From: Fimicolochytrium jonesii
Taxonomy: Eukaryota
Reading direction: 5' to 3'
DNA: 64,000 bases
NCBI RefSeq assembly: GCF_025526975.1
Contig: NW_026515676.1
Coordinates: forward strand, 620,001 to 684,000
Part shown: positions 38,001-50,683 of the stretch, one piece after another
Layout of the letters: each line of letters opens with the position of its first letter
Position numbering within the stretch: position 1 is the first letter of the stretch
Position numbers and translations under genes: made by a program
Notes under the pieces: generated by a model
Told to the model about the DNA's origin: nothing
What the model saw: the letters and a program-made list of their open reading frames with translations, nothing else
Databases searched by the model: none

Positions 38001-41000
38001 GTGATACGCATCTTTGATGTCCAACAACGACTTGAACTTCTTTCCACGTACCCGATCCCGCATCTCTGCAAGATTTGGTAACGGCGTACAATCCTTTATC
38101 GTTGCTTTATTCAGCCCACAATAGTCGATGCACATACGGAGACTGCCATCCCTTTTCTTAGCGAATAACACTGCCGCGCCCCACGGGCTCTGCGAGTGCT
38201 GAATCCAACCGCGCTCGAGCATGAGAGTAACCTTCTCATTCAGCTCTTTGAGTTCGGCTTTGCTCATATGTCGTAAGGGATTAAAAACTGGTTTCGTACC
38301 AGGCTCCAGCTCGATATGGAAGTTATCCTCTCCTCTATTGGGCGGCAACTCTGCGTGCTCGACAAACAAACTATCCATGTACTTCTCTAATGTTGGATAA
38401 AGAAGGTGATTCAATGGCACGCCCAAATCAACCTTCTGTCCTGTCACTTCGCTCATTTCAGCCTCTGGCTCTGGTTTGGCGCGAACACGCTCATCGGTGA
38501 GAACATAAGCTGGTGACGCATTCACTGCAGCTTCTATGTCCATAGCGTACGCGATGTAACACTTCCCATACACCTTTTTTCGAGATAAGCGAGTGAACTT
38601 CTTGAAAGTTACAACTCCTTCACTCGAGTCTTCTCGTTCAGGCATCGCCGCCTTGAAATGTGTAGACTTCTTTCTGATGTCAAAGGACCGCAGATCAGCT
38701 GCATTACAGGACGATTGGGATTCCCACTTCCTAGTTACTGGTCTGGCAACCAGGGTAGGTTCAACTTCATCCGCACGGAATCGGAGAACAGGAATCTCGT
38801 CTTCTATGTGCTCGAAGCGAACATCGTCAATCATATAGATCCATGGCAATCCGAGGATAACATCTACCCGCAGAGGAGCGACCACAAATGGAAGCTGTTC
38901 TCTCGAATAATGTCGTCCATCTCCCCACAACTGTAGATCGCCACAAAATAACTTGTTGGCGTTGAATGTATGGCCGTTGTCGCCCCAGGCGACACCAATT
39001 GGCATTTTAGTAGGTTTAGTAGGTTGTAGGTTTGGAAACCATGTTTCGACACCCATGCCTGACGTACCATCAGTGTTGTGCATCCTGTATCGATCAGAAT
39101 ACGACAAAACCTGCCATTCAACTTGCCATGAACTACAAATGCACATCGTGCGATCAACGCATTGGGTTGCAATTGCAGTGCTTCAGGCCTAGTCTTCAAA
39201 ACGGTTTCAGTCTCGTCTGGCCGGCACAGGCGCGCCCCCGCAGCAGACGTATCGCTACAATCAACCAGTATACCATCAGCGGACTCAGGGCGTATAGCCT
39301 CAAGTTCCTCTTCAATGGACACCATTGCACAATGAGACAAATAAACGGTGTCTTCATTAAACGTCTCTACTGAAAACCCTTCTTCTGACCAGCATTTCGA
39401 CGCAGCTTATCCTTAGCCTCATCGGAATCCTTATCCTTCTTCTTTTGAGGGCAATCCTGCGCACGATGACCCATCTGCCCACGATCGAAACACTTCATGT
39501 TCGAGAGGTCAGGGCGTGCGTAAGGTTTAGCAGCTTCCGCCCTCTTAGCTTCCCCCCCCTTCTTGTCCGCAGTACCCGCGGCAGAAGAGACATTAGCACG
39601 TTTAGGCGCAGTACTACCAGAAGCAACCGCTTTATCGTTCGCGTCGGTCCCCTTATCGGCGAGACAACGTACAGCAAACGAACTCAGCGCACGATCCATC
39701 AAACGAATCTTTGGATGCAAGCAGAGGGTGTTGCTCCCTAAAATCGACCATCGTATGCAATAACGACTGGGCGATCTCATAGCCAACGGTATTGGTCTTA
39801 TCGCGAGTAAGACCATGAAGGAACAGGTTATTCAAAGCGTCCGGAGTGATAACCTCCAGGTTGCGCTGTGCCTTGGCAACAATATGTTTGAACTCCGTCA
39901 CATACGAATCCATCGACTTATGAAAAGTCATTTGGTGCAGAGCGTTGAGCGTGTTTGTTTTCGCATTCGTAGGATAGAAGGCTAACTTGAAAGCCGTTTC
40001 AAAATCCTCTTTCCGCATGTCAAGCCTGCATGCGGTGTCGAACCAGGTACATGCGTCGCCTTCAATCGAGCTTGATACCTTCGGCATGTACTCAAAGTCG
40101 TCAATCGGAAGACCAAAAGTCACCATGAAGTCCGTATGCTTCTGCAAAAACGTGTTGACAAAAGCAGCCTTGCGCCGTTTGCCATTGAACGGATGTTGCG
40201 AGATCCATGTACCATGGTGTCTACGCTGCTCGATATAGAATGGATCCACCGACCCATCCTGCAGCACATCACGGCGCATTGCAGAGTCACGCTCCAACGT
40301 AGCTCGCAAACGCTCCGGTCAAGCCTGATGTTCCTCGGCATGTGGATCGCAAACTTTTGCTCGAGCGGCAGCCGCAGCAGCCTTCATTCGGGCATTAAGC
40401 TCCTCGACGGAGATCGTCAACATAGCCGTAGCGGGCGGGTTACCAGCAGAAGGTGGAGGAGGTCCACCAACCTGGATACTCTCCATTGGAACAGGCCTGT
40501 CGTTTGAGGAGGAAGGCCAACTTCAACACGAGGTTTGTCAACTGAAGTCTCCGGCTCCTTAACGATCTCAGTAATATCAGCTGTACCCCCAGGAGTAGTG
40601 TCCTCACCCCTGGTAACTCTACTACACATTGACGTACTCATGACGACCTTCTGGCCAGTGTAATCTCGTTTTCAGGTCGAATAACCTCAAACAATGACGA
40701 ATACGTCCAGAATGCGTACAGAAGTACTCCGTTGATGTTGTATCGCTCAGTACCTCGAGCAAATACACACAAACAACTATGTTTTCGAATCAGGTATATG
40801 CTGTATGCAATAACCAAAATTTGGGCATAGATTCTCCCTCTTTTTGAGCGAAAAATCCCCAAAATCCACCGTGTCCGATGTCGACGGGTTTTGGCTGCGT
40901 TGATCGTGAACAGGATCTGAAGCTATCAGTTTAAAGAGACCTTTGAGAGGATCAAGAAGAACCCTAACGGCTTAGCTCTGTCCCAAAACTGAAAGACTTT

Positions 41001-42083
41001 TCCTATCCGCCCGTTTTCGCTTAAATATCGAATTAACGACGAAGGCGATGACGGATAACTTGTTTTGCAGTGATTCAAAAATCCCAAAACGTTCAGGTAA
41101 ATTCAAGGTAATTCTCGGGATCGGGAAGAACCTTCTCGGGGGTCGTTTCTGTCAAAACTGTGATAGTTTTGCTACACAGAGGTTATAGTGGCAACGATTT
41201 AGCGTGTTTTTCGATATCTCTGTATCCGTAGGTCGAATCTCTTTGAAACTTTCACAAGTCTTCAAGCTCAGTGTGCTCTGCGAGGTTTCCGAGTTTGAAG
41301 GGGATCATATCACTGGGGTAGATTTCCGACCCGTGAACGGGTTACCAATAAACACGAGATACTAGTAAACACGCGTTTATGTCGACTATGCGTCGACCCG
41401 TCAAACGTATACTCTCAAGATGTTGATATACCCAAAGAGTAAGGTATGGAGGGCAAACTATGAGTTACGGAGGTTTGTTTAACCATCCAGGTACGAAAAG
41501 CAAGGTGGTTGCAACGTACCGGTTGTTCCACTAGGTAAATAAGCTAGAGGTCGGCGCTTTTCGACTATAGCGCACTATGGGCTTCAGGAGTTGCGGTGGA
41601 TGTTGTCCTGGACGTCCTGAAGGCTATATGAATCGTCTAGAAGTGTTGTATCGACGTTCTGTGACGATTGCTACGTCCGCAATTTCGAGATGCTGAAGTT
41701 GCTGACGTGTTTATCTACTATGAAGCTCGTTTTGCTCGAAACGTGTGGTGCCCCCATGCGATGTGGACTACCTTCCACACGGGTTGTTGAACTGATGTTT
41801 GTATACAATAACTACTTTGCTGTAAGGTATTGTAGACGGACTGGGTGTTCGTCGGCTCTGCTATGCGATATGTAGTAGAAGAACTACTTGTTGTGCATAG
41901 GAACGCGCGACGAGCACTGTTAAAGTACCAATGAGGTCGGAGTCCACTGGAGAACACTGTCGAGATGCATTATAGGCCAGGAAATACCTGTATATTCCCA
42001 TCACATACAGGTATTTTTCCCCAAGGCCTGTCTAACAGACGCGACGTGTCGTTCTCCAATAAGACCAGACACTCCACATTGCA
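35057..42083 (-). mobile_element. Gypsy family B copy B5 with two LTRs (35057-35343, 41757-42083); integrase core missing
   Basis: gag 39367-40641, pol 36837-39340 (YLDD intact), chromodomain 36072-36455, PPT at 35344-35350, degenerate PBS TGGGGGCACCAC at 41745-41756. Confidence 0.9.
36456..36836 (+). mobile_element. family C 3' end: 3' UTR, PPT and 3' LTR 36603-36836 (234 bp)
   Basis: GAGTGGGGG directly before TGTTGGAGG; same length as LTR 33365-33598. Confidence 0.85.
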
Positions 42084-43143
42084 CTTTCCCTCAAGTGCCA
42101 ATACAAACGCTTCAGGTTCCGCTTTCGACATATCCCTTCAAAAATGGAAGTCTTCCATTATGGGTCACCCGCAATACGGCTGCCCGTCTCGTCTAATTTC
42201 TGCATTTCCTCTTCGAAGTTGGATGTCGTAGCCCTCGTCAATCAGCGGTGCAGTAATGCAGAGATTCCTACGCGCACTAGGCACGTAGAGTACGTTCTGC
42301 AGGGTAATGTGTTTCTCTGGTTCTTCATTGTTGAAGACCCGGACAGTTCCGGCTTTCTGGGCTTCAATGGTCTGGCCATTGGCCACTGTAACTGTGACCG
42401 GTGCGATCGGATGGGGCTCTTCAAACATGAACTCATCTTTGACAACATGATGGGTTGCACACGAATCCAGGGCGATGCTGTGGTCAGCACCTCGGTCCGT
42501 CGCAAGTACCAGGTTTGCCTCCGCCTCTGATTTCTGCTTCTCTTTTCCAAGCAGCTGTTGCGCTGCCTCGATCTTCGGGCACGTTGTTACCCAATGTCCA
42601 AGTTCCCCACATAATTTGCACGGGAGATCCACCACTTCTTTGGGCACCTCCACGTCCACGGCCTCTACCCTGGTTTCCTCCACAACGAGAGTTATCCGAA
42701 TTATTCTCTTTCTTCTTTGAATTCTGGTTGCGCTTATCAGACAACTCTGATGACTGTTGCGCCTCGGCATTCCTAGCTTCCGCTGATCTGGGGCGTGAGT
42801 TGCGTGTGGGGGAATCAAGCGCTGCCATCATCTGCTTTTGACGTGTAGCGGCTTCCTGCATGGCATCCAAATTCGGTAATTCCTTACTGATAATTTGGGA
42901 ACAGATAGGTCGTTTTAATCCCTTGAGGTATCTATGTTCCACGTCTTCTTTGGATGAATCCGGGATCTGCATCACTAAGCGGTTAGATGCCGCATTATAC
43001 ATGATAACAGAGTGAGTCTGTTTCAACCCATCGAGTTTATCCCTTATCAGCGTGCCGTAGGCAGGTGGAATGAACCTCTTCTCCAACGTTGCCTTTAACT
43101 CCATCCAGGTTGTTGGGACCTCAGCTTTTCTTTCTCCAGCGAA
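42084..43143 (-). mobile_element. Copia-like family G fragment (capsid, CCHC knuckle, Copia-type protease)
   Basis: TWMELKATLEKRF..LKQT..YLKGL, CKLCGELGHWVTTC and ALDSCATHH..VANG..LQNVLYVP..NL motifs. Confidence 0.8.
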
Positions 43144-43750
43144 TGTTATGGACGACGCGCCCATACCATAAGCTTACCTACTGACAGCCGCCAATGTCAA
43201 CCGCCAATGTCAAACGCCAATGTCAATGTCAATGTCAGTGTCAAAGTCAGTGTCAATGTCAATGTCAACGCCACTCTCCCTCTCTCCTCTCATTTTGCCT
43301 ATCCTCCCGCAATATTGCCGCTCCTCATCTCTCCTCTCATTTTGCCAATCCCCCCTCGGCTTCTCCACACCCCCCACTACTTCCCCATAGCCAGCAGCTG
43401 TAGCAATGCTCTCTACGCTCGCCACGCACGCTCTAGGAGCATAGCTGGCGCCCCCCCAGTCCCCTCTTGTTGTTGTTGTTCTCTGATCTGCTGGGTTGCC
43501 TATCTATAAATAGCCGGCCTCTCTTCGTCCATTCCCTTCCTCCCCAGCAGATCAACACCAGTTCTTCTCATCTCCTGTTCTAGTCCTTGTTTCTTGTTTC
43601 GCCAATACAATCTCTTGTCGCCTATCACTCTCGCCCTGTCTTCTCTACTTCGCTTCCGCCTCCGTCGTCGAGATCATAACAGTTTGATCTGCTCCAACAC
43701 TGCGAAGTTCAGAACCCGTCCAGCCCTGCATCCGACAAACCTTTTTCGCC

Positions 43751-44749
43751 ATGTCCCAACCCGAATCCATACCTTTCACCGCCAAGCAATGGAACGATAT
43801 GTGCCAAGCCATCGCCGCCTTGCAAAGCCAAAACGCCAACTTGCAGGCCAACCTAGCGCAAGCCCAAGCTGACGCACAAGCTGCCCAGAGCATCGCCGCC
43901 CAGGTTCAAGCCGATACGTACACCCGTCCCCAAGTCACCAACCCTGCTCTGGAGCCAAGAATCAGCTCGCCCGAGAAGTTTGATGGTACCCGCAGCAAAT
44001 TCCGTGGGTGGTTGAACAACATCCGGTTGATGTTTGCTCTCCAGCCCGACCGCTACCCCAGCGACATCATCAAGATCCAAACTATTGGCACCTACCTCAC
44101 CGGCACTGCGCAAGCCTGGATGGCACCCCTAGTCAAACGCCAAGATCACAGCCTTCAGGACTTTGATAGTTTTATCAGTCAGATGCAATCGGTCTTCGGA
44201 GACAGCGACAGGGTCCCCACCTTTGAAAACAAGCTCCAGAACCTTCGCCAAACCCCTGCAGCAACCGAGTACGTCGCTGAGTTCCGCCAGCTACAATGCG
44301 ATGTCTCCTGGAACGACCAGACCCTGATAGCTACCTTCCGCCGTGGCCTCAAAGAAGACGTCAAAGACCTGATGCTCACAATGCCCCCTGCGGCCACCAT
44401 TGATGTGGTGATGGAGCATGCTATCCAGTGCGATAACCGGCTGTTTGAGCGCCGCCTGGAGCGAAACAGAAGCCGCCAGACCTTCCCGGTTCCCCATACA
44501 TCGTTTACTACTACCACCACTGTCGACCACAGCGAGCCTATGCAGATTGACGCCGCTCGTCCCCGCGGCCCTCTGAGCCCTCAGGAATGCCAACGCCGCA
44601 TTTCCAACAATCTCTGCCTCTACGGCGGTGGCCCGGGGCACATTGCAAAGGCCTGCCCAGCTAAGAACAAGACCACCACCCGTGCCGCCAACGTCGACAT
44701 CGAAGAAACCTCCACAGAACAGGGTTTTCCCAAGGTCCAGCCGCAGTAA
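43751..44749 (+). CDS. gag: Gag of family A copy 2 (knuckle mutated: CLYGGGPGHIAKAC)
   Basis: 332-aa ORF homologous to 2838-3836. Confidence 0.88.
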   Translation: MSQPESIPFTAKQWNDMCQAIAALQSQNANLQANLAQAQADAQAAQSIAAQVQADTYTRPQVTNPALEPRISSPEKFDGTRSKFRGWLNNIRLMFALQPDRYPSDIIKIQTIGTYLTGTAQAWMAPLVKRQDHSLQDFDSFISQMQSVFGDSDRVPTFENKLQNLRQTPAATEYVAEFRQLQCDVSWNDQTLIATFRRGLKEDVKDLMLTMPPAATIDVVMEHAIQCDNRLFERRLERNRSRQTFPVPHTSFTTTTTVDHSEPMQIDAARPRGPLSPQECQRRISNNLCLYGGGPGHIAKACPAKNKTTTRAANVDIEETSTEQGFPKVQPQ

Positions 44750-47700
44750 AGCCCCAGCGACTGGACAACACACACCGCCCCGGGCCTCCTAACCTCGCAG
44801 CTCCTGCAACGGGAGAGGCCACCCCCCCGGTTCCCGACTCCGTTATAGCCAACACAACCCTCCTAGCCGCCGCCCATGTCGAAAACTCCGAAATTAACCC
44901 ACGCACCCTGCTTGCCCTGGGTCCCGTCAAACCCTTCAACTACCCCGCCGCGCCCCGATACCTACCTCAGCCATGATCGACAATGGCGCCCTGTCCTGCT
45001 TCATCGACAGAGACTTTGCCCGCAAACACCGCATCGCCCTAGTCCCGCATCAGCGTCCACTGACGATCGAACTCGTTGACGGTCAACCCAGCTCTGCTGG
45101 GCCAATCACCCATCACACCCAACCAGTAGGCATGTGGGTCGAAGACCACTTCGAAGAACTCGTCTTCCATGTCACCAAATCACCCCATGCTCCAATCCTC
45201 CTTGGTCCAATCCTCCACCCCAGCCTTCCGGGTGGCAGCAAGGCATGGCCAGGTCTTTGTCGCCTACGCCAACCCTGCGAAACCCGATCTCCCGGCCTCG
45301 CCTAGCCCCAGTAACCCCACAACACCCGAGAAAGACATCAAAGACTTCCTGCCCCCCGAGTATCGACACTTCGCCGGCGTTTTCGAAAAGAGAAATGCTG
45401 ACACTCTCCCCGAGCACCGCCCCTACGACTGTCCAATCGATCTGGAAGAAGGCAAGCAGCCACCTTTTGGCCCGATCTACAGCCTCAGCAAACCAGAAAT
45501 GAAGGCACTCTGCGAATACCTCGAAGAAAACCTCGCCAAAGGATTCATCAAACCCTCAAAGTCCCCTGCCGGTGCGCCAGTCTTATTCGTGAAGAAAAAG
45601 GACGGTTCTCTCCGCCTCTGCGTCGATTATCGAGGCCTGAACAGCATCACGGTGAAGAATCGCTACCCCCTGCCCCTGATCAACGGTATCATGGAATGTT
45701 TGCGCGGCGCCCGCCGTCTCACCAAGATCGACCTCCGCGGCGCTTATAACCTCTTACGCATGCGCCTGGGCGATGAATGGAAGACCGCCTTCCGCTGCCG
45801 CTACGGCCTATTCGAATACAATGTCATGCCTCTTGGACTCAGCAATGCTCCTGGCGTCTTCCAGTACCTGATGAATGACATCTTCCGCGACATTCTCGAT
45901 GTGTTTGTTGTCGTCTACCTCGACGATATCCTGATATTCTCCAAGAACCCCAAAGATCACCCCAACATGTCCACGAAGTCTTGTCCCGCCTCCGACAGCA
46001 TGGGTTGTACGCCAAACCAGAGAAGTGCGAATTCAACCGCGAATCCATTGAGTTCCTAGGCTTCATCATCTCCAAGAAAGGCATCCAGATGGACCCCAAG
46101 AAGATCGCTGCCATCACGGATTGGGAACCTCCCAAGAATGTCAAAGGCGTCCAGCGGTTCCTCGGCTTTGCCAACTTCTATCGCCGCTTCATCCAAGGTT
46201 ATTCCAAGATCGCTACCCCGCTCACAGCCCTGACCCGGAAAGACATCCCGTACGCCTGGACACCCGCCGCAAACACCGCCTTCGAGAACCTGAAGAGAGC
46301 ATTCACCACCGCCCCCATCCTTGCTCACCCTGACCCAGAGAAGCCCTTCGTTGTCGAAACTGACGCCTCCGACTTCGCTCTTGGCGCAGTTCTCCTCCAA
46401 CCTGACCAGGACAATCAGCTCCACCCCGTGGCCTTCCACTCTCGCAAATTCACGGCCGAAGAGATCAACTACAAGATCTACGACAAGGAACTTCTGGCCA
46501 TCCAAGACTCCTTTGCTCAGTGGCGCCACCATCTCATTGGCGCCCGTCACAAGATCACTGTTTACTCCGACCACAAAAACCTTGAGTACTTCATGACCAC
46601 CCGCACCCTGAACCGCCGCCAAGCCCGCTGGTCGATATTCTTCTCGGATATTGACTTTGTCATTACCTATCGCCCCGGTTCCCAGCAGCACCAAGCCGAT
46701 GCCCTCTCCTGACGCTCCAAACATGAGTTCAAAGAGGGGGAAGAAGCAGTCCGCTCCCAGGCAACCACAATTTTGACTCCCGAACGCCTTCGACTCGCGG
46801 CTGCCTACCTCACACCCATGGATACCACGCTGCTTGACAAGATTAAGGCCGCCCAGCTCTCTGATCCCCTCGCTAACACCATTCGCGAAAAGCTCAAGAT
46901 ACCCCTCGCCCAACGAACTGAGGAAACCCAAGATCGTATCAAGCGATTCTCAGATGAAGATGGGATCCTGCTGCACGATACCCTGGTCTATGTCCCCACC
47001 AACGAGCTCCGAGCTGAAGTCTGCCACGACATGCCTGATACTCCCCTAGCCGGCCACTTTGGGATGTCCAAGACGCTCGAACTCGCCTCCCGCAACTACT
47101 GGTGGCCCAGCCAGTGACGCTTCGTCAAGGCCTACGTCAAGTCCTGCGATACCTGTAGCCAAGCGAAATCCAGTCGACACAAACCATACGGCCTACTCCA
47201 GCCCAACAGTATCCCTACCCGCCCTTGGGGATCTTGGTCCCTGGACTTTATCACCGGTCTGCCTCCCGTGGACGGGTACGACTCCATCCTGAACGTCAAC
47301 TGTCGCCTCACCAAGATGGCCCACTTCATCGCCTGCAGCGAGTCAGAATCCGCCGAATCCACCGCCGACCTAGTCTTCCACAACATCATCCGTCTCCACG
47401 GCCTCCCCGACGACGTCATCTCTGACCGAGGACCCCAGTTTAAGTCCCGGTTCTGGCGTCGACTTCTCGAACTCCTTGGGGCGAAAGCCAACCTCTCCTC
47501 GGCCTTCCACCCCCAGAGCAATGGCCAGACGGAACGCACCAACCAGATCCTGGAGCAGTATCTCCGATGCTTTTGCAACCACCAACAGGACAACTGGAAA
47601 CAGCTTCGGTCGTCCGCCGAGTTCGCCTACAACAACACCCATCAGTCCGCCTCCCAGACCACCCCCTTCTACGCCAACAAGGGTCTCCACCCCCGCTTCA

Positions 47701-48300
47701 GTTTCGCGGCCTCTGCTACCTCCGAATCCGTCAACCCCGCCGCTGAAGCCCGCGCTAAACAAATCAGGGAAGTCCATAAACAGCTCGCCCTCGAGCTCAA
47801 GGAAGCCCAAGATCAAATGAAGCGCTACGCCGACGCCAAACGAATTCCTGGACCGGACTTCAAGCCTGGCGACCACGTCTGACTCCTCTGCAAAAACCTC
47901 CAGACAACCCGACCCTCTCAGAAACTCGACCATCGCAAGATTGGGCCATTCCCCATCGTTGAAAAAATCAATCCCGTCGCCTACCGGCTCAAGCTCCCGC
48001 CTACGTACAAAATCCACGATGTCTTCCATGTCTCGCTCCTTGAACCCCTCTTCACCATCCCCGAACGACACGAACCCGAACCCGCGCCCCCAGAGACCGT
48101 TGAGGGTCAAGAAGAGTGGGTTGTCAAAGCCATCCTTGACTCTCGCATCCATCGTCGCCGCCTTCAGTACTTGGTCAAATGGCAGGGCTGGCCTGACTCT
48201 GAGAACAACTGGGAGCCCGTGGAACACCCCACCCATACCGACGCACTCCTCCAGGACTTCCACAGCGCGTATCCCAACAAACCTTCCTCTGTCCCCGTAG
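44722..48300 (+). pseudogene. pol: family A pol with stops and frameshifts
   Basis: ORF pieces 44973-45305, 45169-46059, 45981-46712, 46773-47117 and 47268-47882; TGA at 46710, 47115 and 47880. Confidence 0.93.
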
Positions 48301-48901
48301 CACCTCCTCTGCGGCCACACCAAACTCGACGCCGCCGCCGCCGCCGCTAAAGAGAGGGGTGATGTTATGGACGACGCGCCCATACCATAAGCTTACCTAC
48401 TGACAGCCGCCAATGTCAACCGCCAAATGTCAAACCCCAATGTCAATGTCAATGTCAGTGTCAATGTCAGTGTCAATGTCAATGTCAATGCCACTCCCCC
48501 TCTCTCCTCTCATTTCGCCAATCCACCCGCAATATCGCCACTCCTCCTCTCTCCTCTCATTTTGCCAATCCCCCCTCGGCTTCTCCACACCCCCCACTAC
48601 TTCCCCATAGCCAGCAGCTGTAGCAATGCTCTCTACGCTCGCCACGCACGCTCTAGGAGCATAGCTGGCGCCCCCCCAGTCCCCTCTTGTTGTTGTTGTT
48701 CTCTGATCTGCTGGGTTGCCTATCTATAAATAGCCGGCTTCTCTTCGTCCATTCCCTTCCTCCCCAGCAGATCAACACCAGTTCTTCTCATCTCCTGTTC
48801 TAGTCCTTGTTTCTTGTTTCGCCAATACAATCTCTTGTCGCCTATCACTCTCGCCCTGTCTTCTCTACTTCGCTTCCGCCTCCGTCATCGAGATCATAAC
48901 A

Positions 48902-49569
48902 GTTTCATTGGCTCAATGGCTAGGTACATCCATTGCCGTACAACTTGTATTAGGCAACGTGCAATACAGCACACCTGTTGCATTCACAGCTGGGATGCCC
49001 GCTGCCAGTTGTAGGTGGCGTGGATGGCAATTACCATAGAATCAAAATGGTTTGCAAATGTTGCTACCCACGACGGTCGTCTGGAAAGCTTTCCTGAATG
49101 ACACACTATTGTGACGTTCAGTTGCAGAACCATCGTTATTTGGACCGACGACGAGGACCATTAAGGATTGCGCTGGGTGCAATCCCGGACACCGTCATAT
49201 TCTACATTGCTCGTGCTTGTTGGGGTAGGTTTGCATTGTAGAATCGGGGGGGATGTAATGCGGGTTGTCCGGTCTAGTTGGAGAACCACAGGTTTGCGGG
49301 ACAGGCCTCGCAGAATATACCTGTATATACTGCGGATATACAGGTATTTCTGGCCTACGAGTCTCGAGAGTGTTCTCCAGTGGACTCCAGCCTCATAGGT
49401 ACTTTAACAGTGCTCGTCGCGCGTTCCTATTCACAAGAAGTAACTCTTTACTGCATATCGAATAGCAGCGCCGGCGAACACCCAGTCTGTCTACAATACC
49501 TTACAGCAAAGTAGCTATTGTATATGAACATTAGTTATACAACCCGTGTGGAAGGTAGTCCAGATCACA
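48902..49569 (+). mobile_element. family B 3' UTR, PPT and 3' LTR (49254-49569); displaced continuation of B1
   Basis: Reverse complement joins 4445 onward through GAAAC, matching the intact sequence at 35697-35760. Confidence 0.9.
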
Positions 49570-50683
49570 ACTTGATTCGCATTGTTGGCTTGAGCTAGCT
49601 CTCGTATGAGTCTTTTGCACTCCTTCTTCCAATGCCCTGGAGCCACAGTGATGGCACTTTCCCTTCTTCCTAGTATACCTAGCTGAGCCCTCAGCCTCCT
49701 GCTAGTGCTCTCCGTCCCCAACCAACAGGTTTTCAGTTGATCTGACTGGTTTCAAATTCCCCTTGCGCCTGTGTAATGGAGACTGGCATCTACGGGCTCA
49801 CAAGGGTATATCTGTATATACTGCAGTGTCTGGAGTAGTATAGATGGACCAGATGGTGTAGTTCACTGCTATTCTGTGCTACTAGAAAAGGTACTTGCAT
49901 GAGAGGAATAGGAGACGAGCTCCATCATCTCTTAAGAGCTCTGCAAACCCATCATCTCTTAAGAGGTCTCATCAGCTACTGAAGAACACGCTGAGCGTGA
50001 CTTGGGCGTTAGGGTTCTTCCAACCCTAACACTAGACTATTCCATGTGGAAGGCAGTAATTACATGCGGAAACCCGGCCATCCACATCACAGCCTGGCTT
50101 TTTCATTCAGAAGCCTGGCCGTCAAGAACTCCATGTCTAAGTCATCTGCCCTGCTTTCCAGGCTCGTGATGACTTGTTCGTATTCAAAGCTTGCCCAGGC
50201 CGAGTCAAACTCAAACCTCGCTAAGCTGTCATGGGAGCGAGCTGACGTGCCTTCATGCGTATCATCGTCTTCCAGACTGTTGTAGAACCTGTTTTTGTTG
50301 AACTGAATGTCTCTGGATTTGATAATGGCACTTTGATTGTCAGGTTCGAGTGCCGCCAGGCTTTGCTGAAGGAGCTGTACCCGAGAAAGAGGCACTCTTG
50401 GCTTTGTTATCAGTCTCCCAGCCTGTGTGAGTAGGCACCATGCCATTTCAAACCAGTGTATGGTTCATATGTTTGGCTACACCATTCTGCTGTGGGGTGT
50501 TGGTAGCCAGCTCGACGGTGTTGGGTGCCATTCTTCTTGAAGGCTAGGGCAAACTGGGTAGACTCGTGTTCACCGCCTCTGTCAGATCTGAGGACTTTGA
50601 TCGATTTCCCAGTTTGTTTCTCCATTAGGGCTCTGTATTCCTCCCAGGCGCAAGGTATCGCTTTTCTTGCTTAGGAGCTTGAA
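49570..50683 (-). mobile_element. heavily deleted Copia F relic
   Basis: Short blocks homologous to 20830-21090, 19480-19690 and 19900-20150. Confidence 0.8.
49772..50091. repeat. solo LTR H (320 bp, TGTAATG..CATCACA), TSD GCCTG
   Basis: GCCTG at 49767-49771 and 50092-50096; Copia F sequence resumes on both sides. Confidence 0.85.

Larger units (their letters stand above)
43144..48901 (+). mobile_element. Ty3/Gypsy chromovirus family A copy 2, full length (5758 bp) but defective
   Basis: LTRs 43144-43681 and 48363-48901, PPT AAAGAGAGGGG at 48348-48359, gag-PR-RT-RH-IN-chromodomain (EEWVVKAILDS..YLVKWQGW..NNWEP). Confidence 0.97.

Noticed and set aside
35052..42088. ATTTC/CTTTC as TSD of an intact B5 insertion
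   Set aside because: The flanks belong to different elements (D chromodomain on the left, G protease on the right) and the two LTRs differ internally, so B5 is more likely a recombinant of two insertions
46056..48383. Long antisense ORFs over family A pol (also 632-1423)
   Set aside because: Shadow frames of a C-rich, codon-biased pol; no independent motifs, promoter or splice signals
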